A stretch of DNA of 64,000 nt, from assembly GCF_009914755.1 (NCBI RefSeq), contig NC_060947.1; one strand, given 5' to 3'. This document shows positions 12,451 to 24,799 of this stretch, piece after piece. Positions within the stretch are counted from its first letter, which is position 1, and each line of letters begins with the position of its first letter. Source of the stretch: the human T2T-CHM13v2.0 reference genome, Homo sapiens. The notes under the pieces are model-generated. The model was not told the DNA's origin and did not search any database. It saw nothing but the letters and a program-made list of their open reading frames with translations. The translations under genes and the position numbers were made by a program.

Positions 12451-15400
12451 AAGTAGTTTCCGAGAATGCTTCTGTTTAGTTTTTATGTGAAGATGATCCC
12501 GTTTCCAGTGAAATCTTCAAAGAGGTCCACATATCCCCTTGCAGATTCCAAAGAAAGAGGGTTTCAAAACTGCTCCATCAGAAGGATTGTTCAACTCTGT
12601 GAGTTGAATGCAGTCATCGCAGAAAACTTTCTGAGAATGCTTCTGTCTAGGTTTGATGTGAAGATATAGACGTTTCAAACGAAGGCTACAAAGTGGTCAA
12701 AATATACACTTGCAGATTCTACTACAAGGGTGTTGCAAACCTGAACTATCAAAGGAAGGTTCAACTCTGTGAGTTGAATACAAACATCACAAAGAATGTT
12801 CTGAGTTTGCTTCCGTTCAGTTATGGGAAGTTGATCCCGTTTCCAACGAAATCCTCAGAGAGGTCCAAATATCCCCTTGCAGATTCTACAAAACGTGTGT
12901 TTGGAAACTGCTCCATCATAACGAATGTTCAGCTCCCTGAGTTAAACTCCATCGTCACAAAGAATTTTCTGAGAGTGCTACCGTCTGGTTTTTATATGAA
13001 GTTCTTTCCTTCACTACCACAGGCCTCAAAGCGGTCCAAATCTCCACTTGCAGATTCTACAAAAAGAGTGTTTGCAAACTGCTCTATCAAAAGGAATGTT
13101 CAACTCTGGGAGTTGAATGCAATCATCACAGAGCAGTTTCTGAGAATGCTTCTATGTCGTTTTTAGGAGAAGATATTTCCTTTTCCAACACAGTCCTCCA
13201 AGCCCGCTAAATAGCCACTTGCACATTGTAGAAAAAGTGTGTCAAAGCTGCGCTATCAAAGGGAAAGTTCAACTCTGTCAGGTGAATGCAAACATCCCAA
13301 AGAAGTTTCTGAGAATGCTTCCGTTTAGCTTTTAGGTGAAGATTATCCCGTTTCCAACGAAACCTTCAAAGAGGTCCAAATATCCCCTTGCGGATCCCAC
13401 AGAAAGAGTGTTTCGAAACTGCTGTTTCAAAAGGAATCTTCAACTCTGTGAGTTGAATGCAATCATCACAAAGAAGTTTCTGACAATGCTTCTCTCTCGT
13501 CTTTCTGTGAAGATAAAGGAAAAGGCTTTCAGGCCTTTTCCACCACAGGCCTGAAAGCGCTCCAAATGTCCACTTGCAGATTCTGCGAAAAGAATATTTC
13601 AAAACTGCTCTATGAAAAGCAATGTTAAACTCTGTGGCTCGAACGCAAACATCACAAAGCAGTTTCTGAGAATGCTTCAGTTTAGTTTTTCTGTGGAAAT
13701 ATTCCCGTTTCCAAAGAAATCTTCAAAGAGGTCCACGTATCCACTTACAGATTCTACAAAAAGACAGTTTCAAAACTGCTCCATCAAAAGGAGGGTTCAA
13801 CTGTGTGACTTGAATGCAATCATCACTCAGAAGTTTCTGAGAATGCTTCTCTTTAGTTTTTACGTGAACATATACCCGTTTCGAACGAAGGCCACCCAGT
13901 GGTCCAAATATCCACTTGCAGATTCTACAGAAAGAGTGTTTCGAACCTGAACTCTCAAAGGCAGGTTCATCTCTGCAAGTTAAATGCATTCATCATGAAG
14001 AACTTTCTCAGAGTGTTTGTGTTTAGTTATGGGAAATTATTCCCGTTTCCAACGAAATCCTCAGAGAGCTCCAAATATCCACCTGCTGATTCTACCAAAA
14101 GTGTATTTGGAAACTGCTCCATCAAAAGGCATGTTCAGCTCTGTGAGTGAAACTCCATCATCACAAAGAATATTCTGAGAATGCTTCCGTTTGCCTTTTA
14201 TCTGAAGTTCCTTCCTATACGACCGTAGGCCTCAAAGCAGTCCAAATCTCCATTTGCAGATTCTACAAAAAGAGTGATTCCAATCTGCTCTATCAATAGG
14301 ATTGTTCAACTCCATGAGTTGAATGCCATCCTCACAAAGTCGTTTCTGAGAATGCTTCTATCTAGTTTTTATGTGAAGATATTTCCTTTTCCACCACAGG
14401 CCTCAAAGCCCTCCAAACGTCCACTTGCAGATTCTCGAAAAAGAGTGTTTCATAGCTGCTCTTTCAAAAGGAAAGTTCAACTCTGGCAGTTGAATACAAA
14501 CATCACAAAGTAGTTTCCGAGAATGCTTCTGTTTAGTTTTTATGTGAAGATGATCCCGTTTCCAGTGAAATCTTCAAAGAGGTCCACATATCCCCTTGCA
14601 GATTCCAAAGAAAGAGGGTTTCAAAACTGCTCCATCAGAAGGATTGTTCAACTCTGTGAGTTGAATGCAGTCATCGCAGAAAACTTTCTGAGAATGCTTC
14701 TGTCTAGGTTTGATGTGAAGATATAGACGTTTCAAACGAAGGCTACAAAGTGGTCAAAATATACACTTGCAGATTCTACTACAAGGGTGTTGCAAACCTG
14801 AACTATCAAAGGAAGGTTCAACTCTGTGAGTTGAATACAAACATCACAAAGAATGTTCTGAGTTTGCTTCCGTTCAGTTATGGGAAGTTGATCCCGTTTC
14901 CAACGAAATCCTCAGAGAGGTCCAAATATCCCCTTGCAGATTCTACAAAACGTGTGTTTGGAAACTGCTCCATCATAACGAATGTTCAGCTCCCTGAGTT
15001 AAACTCCATCGTCACAAAGAATTTTCTGAGAGTGCTACCGTCTGGTTTTTATATGAAGTTCTTTCCTTCACTACCACAGGCCTCAAAGTGGTCCAAATCT
15101 CCACTTGCAGATTCTACAAAAAGAGTGTTTGCAAACTGCTCTATCAAAAGGAATGTTCAACTCTGGGAGTTGAATGCAATCATCACAGAGCAGTTTCTGA
15201 GAATGCTTCTATGTCGTTTTTAGGAGAAGATATTTCCTTTTCCAACACAGTCCTCCAAGCCCGCTAAATAGCCACTTGCACATTGTAGAAAAAGTGTGTC
15301 AAAGCTGCGCTATCAAAGGGAAAGTTCAACTCTGTGAGGTGAATGCAAACATCCCAAAGAAGTTTCTGAGAATGCTTCCGTTTAGCTTTTAGGTGAAGAT

Positions 15401-18400
15401 TATCCCGTTTCCAACGAAACCTTCAAAGAGGTCCAAATATCCCCTTGCGGATCCCACAGAAAGAGTGTTTCGAAACTGCTGTTTCAAAAGGAATCTTCAA
15501 CTCTGTGAGTTGAATGCAATCATCACAAAGAAGTTTCTGACAATGCTTCTCTCTCGTCTTTCTGTGAAGATAAAGGAAAAGGCTTTCAGGCCTTTTCCAC
15601 CACAGGCCTGAAAGCGCTCCAAATGTCCACTTGCAGATTCTGCGAAAAGAATATTTCAAAACTGCTCTATGAAAAGCAATGTTAAACTCTGTGGCTCGAA
15701 CACAAACATCACAAAGCAGTTTCTGAGAATGCTTCAGTTTAGTTTTTCTGTGGAAATATTCCCGTTTCCAAAGAAATCTTCAAAGAGGTCCACGTATCCA
15801 CTTACAGATTCTACAAAAAGACAGTTTCAAAACTGCTCCATCAAAAGGAGGGTTCAACTGTGTGACTTGAATGCAATCATCACTCAGAAGTTTCTGAGAA
15901 TGCTTCTCTTTAGTTTTTACGTGAACATATACCCGTTTCGAACGAAGGCCACCCAGTGGTCCAAATATCCACTTGCAGATTCTACAGAAAGAGTGTTTCG
16001 AACCTGAACTCCCAAAGGCAGGTTCATCTCTGCGAGTTAAATGCATTCATCATGAAGAACTTTCTCAGAGTGTTTGTGTTTAGTTATGGGAAATTATTCC
16101 CGTTTCCAAAGAAATCCTCAGAGAGCTCCAAATATCCACCTGCAGATTCTACCAAAAGTGTATTTGGAAACTGCTCCATCAAAAGGCATGTTCAGCTCTG
16201 TGAGTGAAACTCCATCATCACAAAGAATATTCTGAGAATGCTTCCGTTTGCCTTTTATCTGAAGTTCCTTCCTATACGACCGTAGGCCTCAAAGCAGTCC
16301 AAATCTCCATTTGCAGATTCTACAAAAAGAGTGATTCCAATCTGCTCTATCAATAGGATTGTTCAACTCCATGAGTTGAATGCCATCCTCACAAAGTCGT
16401 TTCTGAGAATGCTTCTATCTAGTTTTTATGTGAAGATATTTCCTTTTCCACCACAGGCCTCAAAGCCCTCCAAACGTCCACTTGCAGATTCTCGAAAAAG
16501 AGTGTTTCATAGCTGCTCTTTCAAAAGGAAAGTTCAACTCTGGGAGTTGAATACAAACATCACAAAGTAGTTTCCGAGAATGCTTCTGTTTAGTTTTTAT
16601 GTGAAGATGATCCCGTTTCCAGTGAAATCTTCAAAGAGGTCCACATATCCCCTTGCAGATTCCAAAGAAAGAGGGTTTCAAAACTGCTCCATCAGAAGGA
16701 TTGTTCAACTCTGTGAGTTGAATGCAGTCATCGCAGAAAACTTTCTGAGAATGCTTCTGTCTAGGTTTGATGTGAAGATATAGACGTTTCAAACGAAGGC
16801 TACAAAGTGGTCAAAATATACACTTGCAGATTCTACTACAAGGGTGTTGCAAACCTGAACTATCAAAGGAAGGTTCAACTCTGTGAGTTGAATACAAACA
16901 TCACAAAGAATGTTCTGAGTTTGCTTCCGTTCAGTTATGGGAAGTTGATCCCGTTTCCAACGAAATCCTCAGAGAGGTCCAAATATCCCCTCGCAGATTC
17001 TACAAAACGTGTGTTTGGAAACTGCTCCATCATAACGAATGTTCAGCTCCCTGAGTTAAACTCCATCGTCACAAAGAATTTTCTGAGAGTGCTACCGTCT
17101 GGTTTTTATATGAAGTTCTTTCCTTCACTACCACAGGCCTCAAAGCGGTCCAAATCTCCACTTGCAGATTCTACAAAAAGAGTGTTTGCAAACTGCTCTA
17201 TCAAAAGGAATGTTCAACTCTGGGAGTTGAATGCAATCATCACAGAGCAGTTTCTGAGAATGCTTCTATGTCGTTTTTAGGAGAAGATATTTCCTTTTCC
17301 AACACAGTCCTCCAAGCCCGCTAAATAGCCACTTGCACATTGTAGAAAAAGTGTGTCAAAGCTGCGCTATCAAAGGGAAAGTTCAACTCTGTGAGGTGAA
17401 TGCAAACATCCCAAAGAAGTTTCTGAGAATGCTTCCGTTTAGCTTTTAGGTGAAGATTATCCCGTTTCCAACGAAACCTTCAAAGAGGTCCAAATATCCC
17501 CTTGCGGATCCCACAGAAAGAGTGTTTCGAAACTGCTGTTTCAAAAGGAATCTTCAACTCTGTGAGTTGAATGCAATCATCACAAAGAAGTTTCTGACAA
17601 TGCTTCTCTCTCGTCTTTCTGTGAAGATAAAGGAAAAGGCTTTCAGGCCTTTTCCACCACAGGCCTGAAAGCGCTCCAAATGTCCACTTGCAGATTCTGC
17701 GAAAAGAATATTTCAAAACTGCTCTATGAAAAGCAATGTTAAACTCTGTGGCTGGAACACAAACATCACAAAGCGGTTTCTGAGAATGTTTCAGTTTAGA
17801 TTTCTGTGGAAATATTCCCGTTTCCAAAGAAATCTTCAAAGAGGTCCACGTATCCACTTACAGATTCTACAAAAAGACAGTTTCAAAACTGCTCCATCAA
17901 AAGGAGGGTTCAACTGTGTGACTTGAATGCAATCATCACTCAGAAGTTTCTGAGAATGCTTCTCTTTAGTTTTTACGTGAACATATACCCGTTTCGAACG
18001 AAGGCCACCCAGTGGTCCAAATATCCACTTGCAGATTATACAGAAAGAGTGTTTCGAACCTGAACTCTCAAAGGCAGGTTCATCTCTGCAAGTTAAATGC
18101 ATTCATCATGAAGAACTTTCTCAGAGTGTTTGTGTTTAGTTATGGGAAATTATTCCCGTTTCCAACGAAATCCTCAGAGAGCTCCAAATATCCACCTGCT
18201 GATTCTACCAAAAGTGTATTTGGAAACTGCTCCATCAAAAGGCATGTTCAGGTCTGTGAGTGAAACTCCATCATCACAAAGAATATTCTGAGAATGCTTC
18301 CGTTTGCCTTTTATATGAAGTTCCTTCCTATACGACCGTAGGCCTCAAAGCAGTCCAAATCTCCATTTGCAGATTCTACAAAAAGAGTGATTCCAATCTG

Positions 18401-18634
18401 CTCTATCAATAGGATTGTTCAACTCCATGAGTTGAATGCCATCCTCACAAAGTAGTTTCTGAGAATGCTTCTATCTAGTTTTATGTGAAGATATTTCCTT
18501 TTCCACCACAGGCCTCAAAGCCCTCCAAACGTCCACTTGCAGATTCTCGAAAAAGAGTGTTTCATAGCTGCTCTTTCAAAAGGAAAGTTCAACTCTGGGA
18601 GTTGAATACAAACATCACAAAGTAGTTTCCGAGA

Positions 18635-21600
18635 ATGCTTCTGTTTAGTTTTTATGTGAAGATGATCCCGTTTCCAGTGAAATCTTCAAAGAGGTCCACA
18701 TATCCCCTTGCAGATTCCAAAGAAAGAGGGTTTCAAAACTGCTCCATCAGAAGGATTGTTCAACTCTGTGAGTTGAATGCAGTCATCGCAGAAAACTTTC
18801 TGAGAATGCTTCTGTCTAGGTTTGATGTGAAGATATAGACGTTTCAAACGAAGGCTACAAAGTGGTCAAAATATACACTTGCAGATTCTACTACAAGGGT
18901 GTTGCAAACCTGAACTATCAAAGGAAGGTTCAACTCTGTGAGTTGAATACAAACATCACAAAGAATGTTCTGAGTTTGCTTCCGTTCAGTTATGGGAAGT
19001 TGATCCCGTTTCCAACGAAATCCTCAGAGAGGTCCAAATATCCCCTTGCAGATTCTACAAAACGTGTGTTTGGAAACTGCTCCATCATAACGAATGTTCA
19101 GCTCCCTGAGTTAAACTCCATCGTCACAAAGAATTTTCTGAGAGTGCTACCGTCTGGTTTTTATATGAAGTTCTTTCCTTCACTACCACTGGCCTCAAAG
19201 CGGTCCAAATCTCCACTTGCAGATTCTACAAAAAGAGTGTTTGCAAACTGCTCTATCAAAAGGAATGTTCAACTCTGGGAGTTGAATGCAATCATCACAG
19301 AGCAGTTTCTGAGAATGCTTCTATGTCGTTTTTAGGAGAAGATATTTCCTTTTCCAACACAGTCCTCCAAGCCCGCTAAATAGCCACTTGCACATTGTAG
19401 AAAAAGTGTGTCAAAGCTGCGCTATCAAAGGGAAAGTTCAACTCTGAGAGGTGAATGCAAACATCCCAAAGAAGTTTCTGAGAGTGCTTCCGTTTAGCTT
19501 TTAGGTGAAGATTATCCCGTTTCCAACGAAACCTTCAAAGAAGTCCAAATATCCCCTTGCGGATCCCACAGAAAGAGTGTTTCGAAACTGCTGTTTCAAA
19601 AGGAATCTTCAACTCTGTGAGTTGAATGCAATCATCACAAAGAAGTTTCTGACAATGCTTCTCTCTCGTCTTTCTGTGAAGATAAATAAATGCTTTCAGG
19701 CCTTTGCCACCACAGGCCTGAAAGCGCTCCAAATGTCCACTTGCAGATTCTGCGAAAAGAATATTTCAAAACTGCTTTGTGAAAAGCAATGTTAAACTCT
19801 GTGGCTCGAACAAACACATCACAAAGCGGTTTCTGAGAATGCTTCAGTTTAGTTTTTCTGTGGAAATATTCCCGTTTCCAAAGAAATCTTCAAAGAGGTC
19901 CACGTATCCACTTACAGATTCTACAAAAAGACAGTTTCAAAACTGCTCCATCAAAAGGAGGGTTCAACTGTGTGACTTGAATGCAATCATCACTCAGAAG
20001 TTTCTGAGAATGCTTCTCTTTAGTTTTTACGTGAACATATACCCGTTTCGAACGAAGGCCACCCAGTGGTCCAAATATCCACTTGCAGATTCTACAGAAA
20101 GAGTGTTTCGAACCTGAACTCTCAAAGGCAGGTTCATCTCTGCGAGTTAAATGCATTCATCATGAAGAACTTTCTCAGAGTGTTTGTGTTTAGTTATGGG
20201 AAATTATTCCCGTTTCCAACGAAATCCTCAGAGAGCTCCAAATATCCACCTGCAGATTCTACCAAAAGTGTATTTGGAAACTGCTCCATCAAAAGGCATG
20301 TTCAGCTCTGTGAGTGAAACTCCATCATCACAAAGAATATTCTGAGAATGCTTCCGTTTGCCTTTTATCTGAAGTTCCTTCCTATACGACCGTAGGCCTC
20401 AAAGCAGTCCAAATCTCCATTTCCAGATTCTACAAAAAGAGTGATTCCAATCTGCTCTATCAATAGGATTGTTCAACTCCATGAGTTGAATGCCATCCTC
20501 ACAAAGTCGTTTCTGAGAATGCTTCTATCTAGTTTTTATGTGAAGATATTTCCTTTTCCACCACAGGCCTCAAAGCCCTCCAAACGTCCACTTGCAGATT
20601 CTCGAAAAGGAGTGTTTCATAGCTGCTCTTTCAAAAGGAAAGTTCAACTCTGGGAGTTGAATACAAACATCACAAAGTAGTTTCCGAGAATGCTTCTGTT
20701 TAGTTTTTATGTGAAGATGATCCCGTTTCCAGTGAAATCTTCAAAGAGGTCCACATATCCCCTTGCAGATTCCAAAGAAAGAGGGTTTCAAAACTGCTCC
20801 ATCAGAAGGATTGTTCAACTCTGTGAGTTGAATGCAGTCATCGCAGAAAACTTTCTGAGAATGCTTCTGTCTAGGTTTGATGTGAAGATATAGACGTTTC
20901 AAACGAAGGCTACAAAGTGGTCAAAATATACACTTGCAGATTCTACTACAAGGGTGTTGCAAACCTGAACTATCAAAGGAAGGTTCAACTCTGTGAGTTG
21001 AATACAAACATCACAAAGAATGTTCTGAGTTTGCTTCCGTTCAGTTATGGGAAGTTGATCCCGTTTCCAACGAAATCCTCAGAGAGGTCCAAATATCCCC
21101 TTGCAGATTCTACAAAACGTGTGTTTGGAAACTGCTCCATCATAACGAATGTTCAGCTCCCTGAGTTAAACTCCATCGTCACAAAGAATTTTCTGAGAGT
21201 GCTACCGTCTGGTTTTTATATGAAGTTCTTTCCTTCACTACCACTGGCCTCAAAGCGGTCCAAATCTCCACTTGCAGATTCTACAAAAAGAGTGTTTGCA
21301 AACTGCTCTATCAAAAGGAATGTTCAACTCTGGGAGTTGAATGCAATCATCACAGAGCAGTTTCTGAGAATGCTTCTATGTCGTTTTTAGGAGAAGATAT
21401 TTCCTTTTCCAACACAGTCCTCCAAGTCCGCTAAATAGCCACTTGCACATTGTAGAAAAAGTGTGTCAAAGCTGCGCTATCAAAGGGAAAGTTCAACTCT
21501 GAGAGGTGAATGCAAACATCCCAAAGAAGTTTCTGAGAGTGCTTCCGTTTAGCTTTTAGGTGAAGATTATCCCGTTTCCAACGAAACCTTCAAAGAAGTC

Positions 21601-24600
21601 CAAATATCCCCTTGCGGATCCCACAGAAAGAGTGTTTCGAAACTGCTGTTTCAAAAGGAATCTTCAACTCTGTGAGTTGAATGCAATCATCACAAAGAAG
21701 TTTCTGACAATGCTTCTCTCTCGTCTTTCTGTGAAGATAAATAAATGCTTTCAGGCCTTTGCCACCACAGGCCTGAAAGCGCTCCAAATGTCCACTTGCA
21801 GATTCTGCGAAAAGAATATTTCAAAACTGCTTTGTGAAAAGCAATGTTAAACTCTGTGGCTCGAACAAACACATCACAAAGCGGTTTCTGAGAATGCTTC
21901 AGTTTAGTTTTTCTGTGGAAATATTCCCGTTTCCAAAGAAATCTTCAAAGAGGTCCACGTATCCACTTACAGATTCTACAAAAAGACAGTTTCAAAACTG
22001 CTCCATCAAAAGGAGGGTTCAACTGTGTGACTTGAATGCAATCATCACTCAGAAGTTTCTGAGAATGCTTCTCTTTAGTTTTTACGTGAACATATACCCG
22101 TTTCGAACGAAGGCCACCCAGTGGTCCAAATATCCACTTGCAGATTCTACAGAAAGAGTGTTTCGAACCTGAACTCTCAAAGGCAGGTTCATCTCTGCGA
22201 GTTAAATGCATTCATCATGAAGAACTTTCTCAGAGTGTTTGTGTTTAGTTATGGGAAATTATTCCCGTTTCCAACGAAATCCTCAGAGAGCTCCAAATAT
22301 CCACCTGCAGATTCTACCAAAAGTGTATTTGGAAACTGCTCCATCAAAAGGCATGTTCAGCTCTGTGAGTGAAACTCCATCATCACAAAGAATATTCTGA
22401 GAATGCTTCCGTTTGCCTTTTATCTGAAGTTCCTTCCTATACGACCGTAGGCCTCAAAGCAGTCCAAATCTCCATTTGCAGATTCTACAAAAAGAGTGAT
22501 TCCAATCTGCTCTATCAATAGGATTGTTCAACTCCATGAGTTGAATGCCATCCTCACAAAGTCGTTTCTGAGAATGCTTCTATCTAGTTTTTATGTGAAG
22601 ATATTTCCTTTTCCACCACAGGCCTCAAAGCCCTCCAAACGTCCACTTGCAGATTCTCGAAAAGGAGTGTTTCATAGCTGCTCTTTCAAAAGGAAAGTTC
22701 AACTCTGGGAGTTGAATACAAACATCACAAAGTAGTTTCCGAGAATGCTTCTGTTTAGTTTTTATGTGAAGATGATCCCGTTTCCAGTGAAATCTTCAAA
22801 GAGGTCCACATATCCCCTTGCAGATTCCAAAGAAAGAGGGTTTCAAAACTGCTCCATCAGAAGGATTGTTCAACTCTGTGAGTTGAATGCAGTCATCGCA
22901 GAAAACTTTCTGAGAATGCTTCTGTCTAGGTTTGATGTGAAGATATAGACGTTTCAAACGAAGGCTACAAAGTGGTCAAAATATACACTTGCAGATTCTA
23001 CTACAAGGGTGTTGCAAACCTGAACTATCAAAGGAAGGTTCAACTCTGTGAGTTGAATACAAACATCACAAAGAATGTTCTGAGTTTGCTTCCGTTCAGT
23101 TATGGGAAGTTGATCCCGTTTCCAACGAAATCCTCAGAGAGGTCCAAATATCCCCTTGCAGATTCTACAAAACGTGTGTTTGGAAACTGCTCCATCATAA
23201 CGAATGTTCAGCTCCCTGAGTTAAACTCCATCGTCACAAAGAATTTTCTGAGAGTGCTACCGTCTGGTTTTTATATGAAGTTCTTTCCTTCACTACCACT
23301 GGCCTCAAAGCGGTCCAAATCTCCACTTGCAGATTCTACAAAAAGAGTGTTTGCAAACTGCTCTATCAAAAGGAATGTTCAACTCTGGGAGTTGAATGCA
23401 ATCATCACAGAGCAGTTTCTGAGAATGCTTCTATGTCGTTTTTAGGAGAAGATATTTCCTTTTCCAACACAGTCCTCCAAGTCCGCTAAATAGCCACTTG
23501 CACATTGTAGAAAAAGTGTGTCAAAGCTGCGCTATCAAAGGGAAAGTTCAACTCTGAGAGGTGAATGCAAACATCCCAAAGAAGTTTCTGAGAGTGCTTC
23601 CATTTAGCTTTTAGGTGAAGATTATCCCGTTTCCAACGAAACCTTCAAAGAAGTCCAAATATCCCCTTGCGGATCCCACAGAAAGAGTGTTTCGAAACTG
23701 CTGTTTCAAAAGGAATCTTCAACTCTGTGAGTTGAATGCAATCATCACAAAGAAGTTTCTGACAATGCTTCTCTCTCGTCTTTCTGTGAAGATAAATAAA
23801 TGCTTTCAGGCCTTTGCCACCACAGGCCTGAAAGCGCTCCAAATGTCCACTTGCAGATTCTGCGAAAAGAATATTTCAAAACTGCTTTGTGAAAAGCAAT
23901 GTTAAACTCTGTGGCTCGAACAAACACATCACAAAGCGGTTTCTGAGAATGCTTCAGTTTAGTTTTTCTGTGGAAATATTCCCGTTTCCAAAGAAATCTT
24001 CAAAGAGGTCCACGTATCCACTTACAGATTCTACAAAAAGACAGTTTCAAAACTGCTCCATCAAAAGGAGGGTTCAACTGTGTGACTTGAATGCAATCAT
24101 CACTCAGAAGTTTCTGAGAATGCTTCTCTTTAGTTTTTACGTGAACATATACCCGTTTCGAACGAAGGCCACCCAGTGGTCCAAATATCCACTTGCAGAT
24201 TCTACAGAAAGAGTGTTTCGAACCTGAACTCTCAAAGGCAGGTTCATCTCTGCGAGTTAAATGCATTCATCATGAAGAACTTTCTCAGAGTGTTTGTGTT
24301 TAGTTATGGGAAATTATTCCCGTTTCCAACGAAATCCTCAGAGAGCTCCAAATATCCACCTGCAGATTCTACCAAAAGTGTATTTGGAAACTGCTCCATC
24401 AAAAGGCATGTTCAGCTCTGTGAGTGAAACTCCATCATCACAAAGAATATTCTGAGAATGCATCCGTTTGCCTTTTATCTGAAGTTCCTTCCTATACGAC
24501 CGTAGGCCTCAAAGCAGTCCAAATCTCCATTTGCAGATTCTACAAAAAGAGTGATTCCAATCTGCTCTATCAATAGGATTGTTCAACTCCATGAGTTGAA

Positions 24601-24799
24601 TGCCATCCTCACAAAGTCGTTTCTGAGAATGCTTCTATCTAGTTTTTATGTGAAGATATTTCCTTTTCCACCACAGGCCTCAAAGCCCTCCAAACGTCCA
24701 CTTGCAGATTCTCGAAAAGGAGTGTTTCATAGCTGCTCTTTCAAAAGGAAAGTTCAACTCTGGGAGTTGAATACAAACATCACAAAGTAGTTTCCGAGA
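18635..24799. repeat. Three tandem 2055-bp variant HORs (U10-U12)
   Basis: Anchor spacing 2055 three times; GATAAATAAATGCTTTC at 19681, 21736, 23791 replaces GATAAAGGAAAAGGCTTTC; linked SNVs shared. Confidence 0.92.

Noticed and set aside
19505-19872. Novel 96-, 65- and 60-aa ORFs in U10-U12, U15 and U29
   Set aside because: By-products of the net 2-bp deletion; useful only as haplotype markers.
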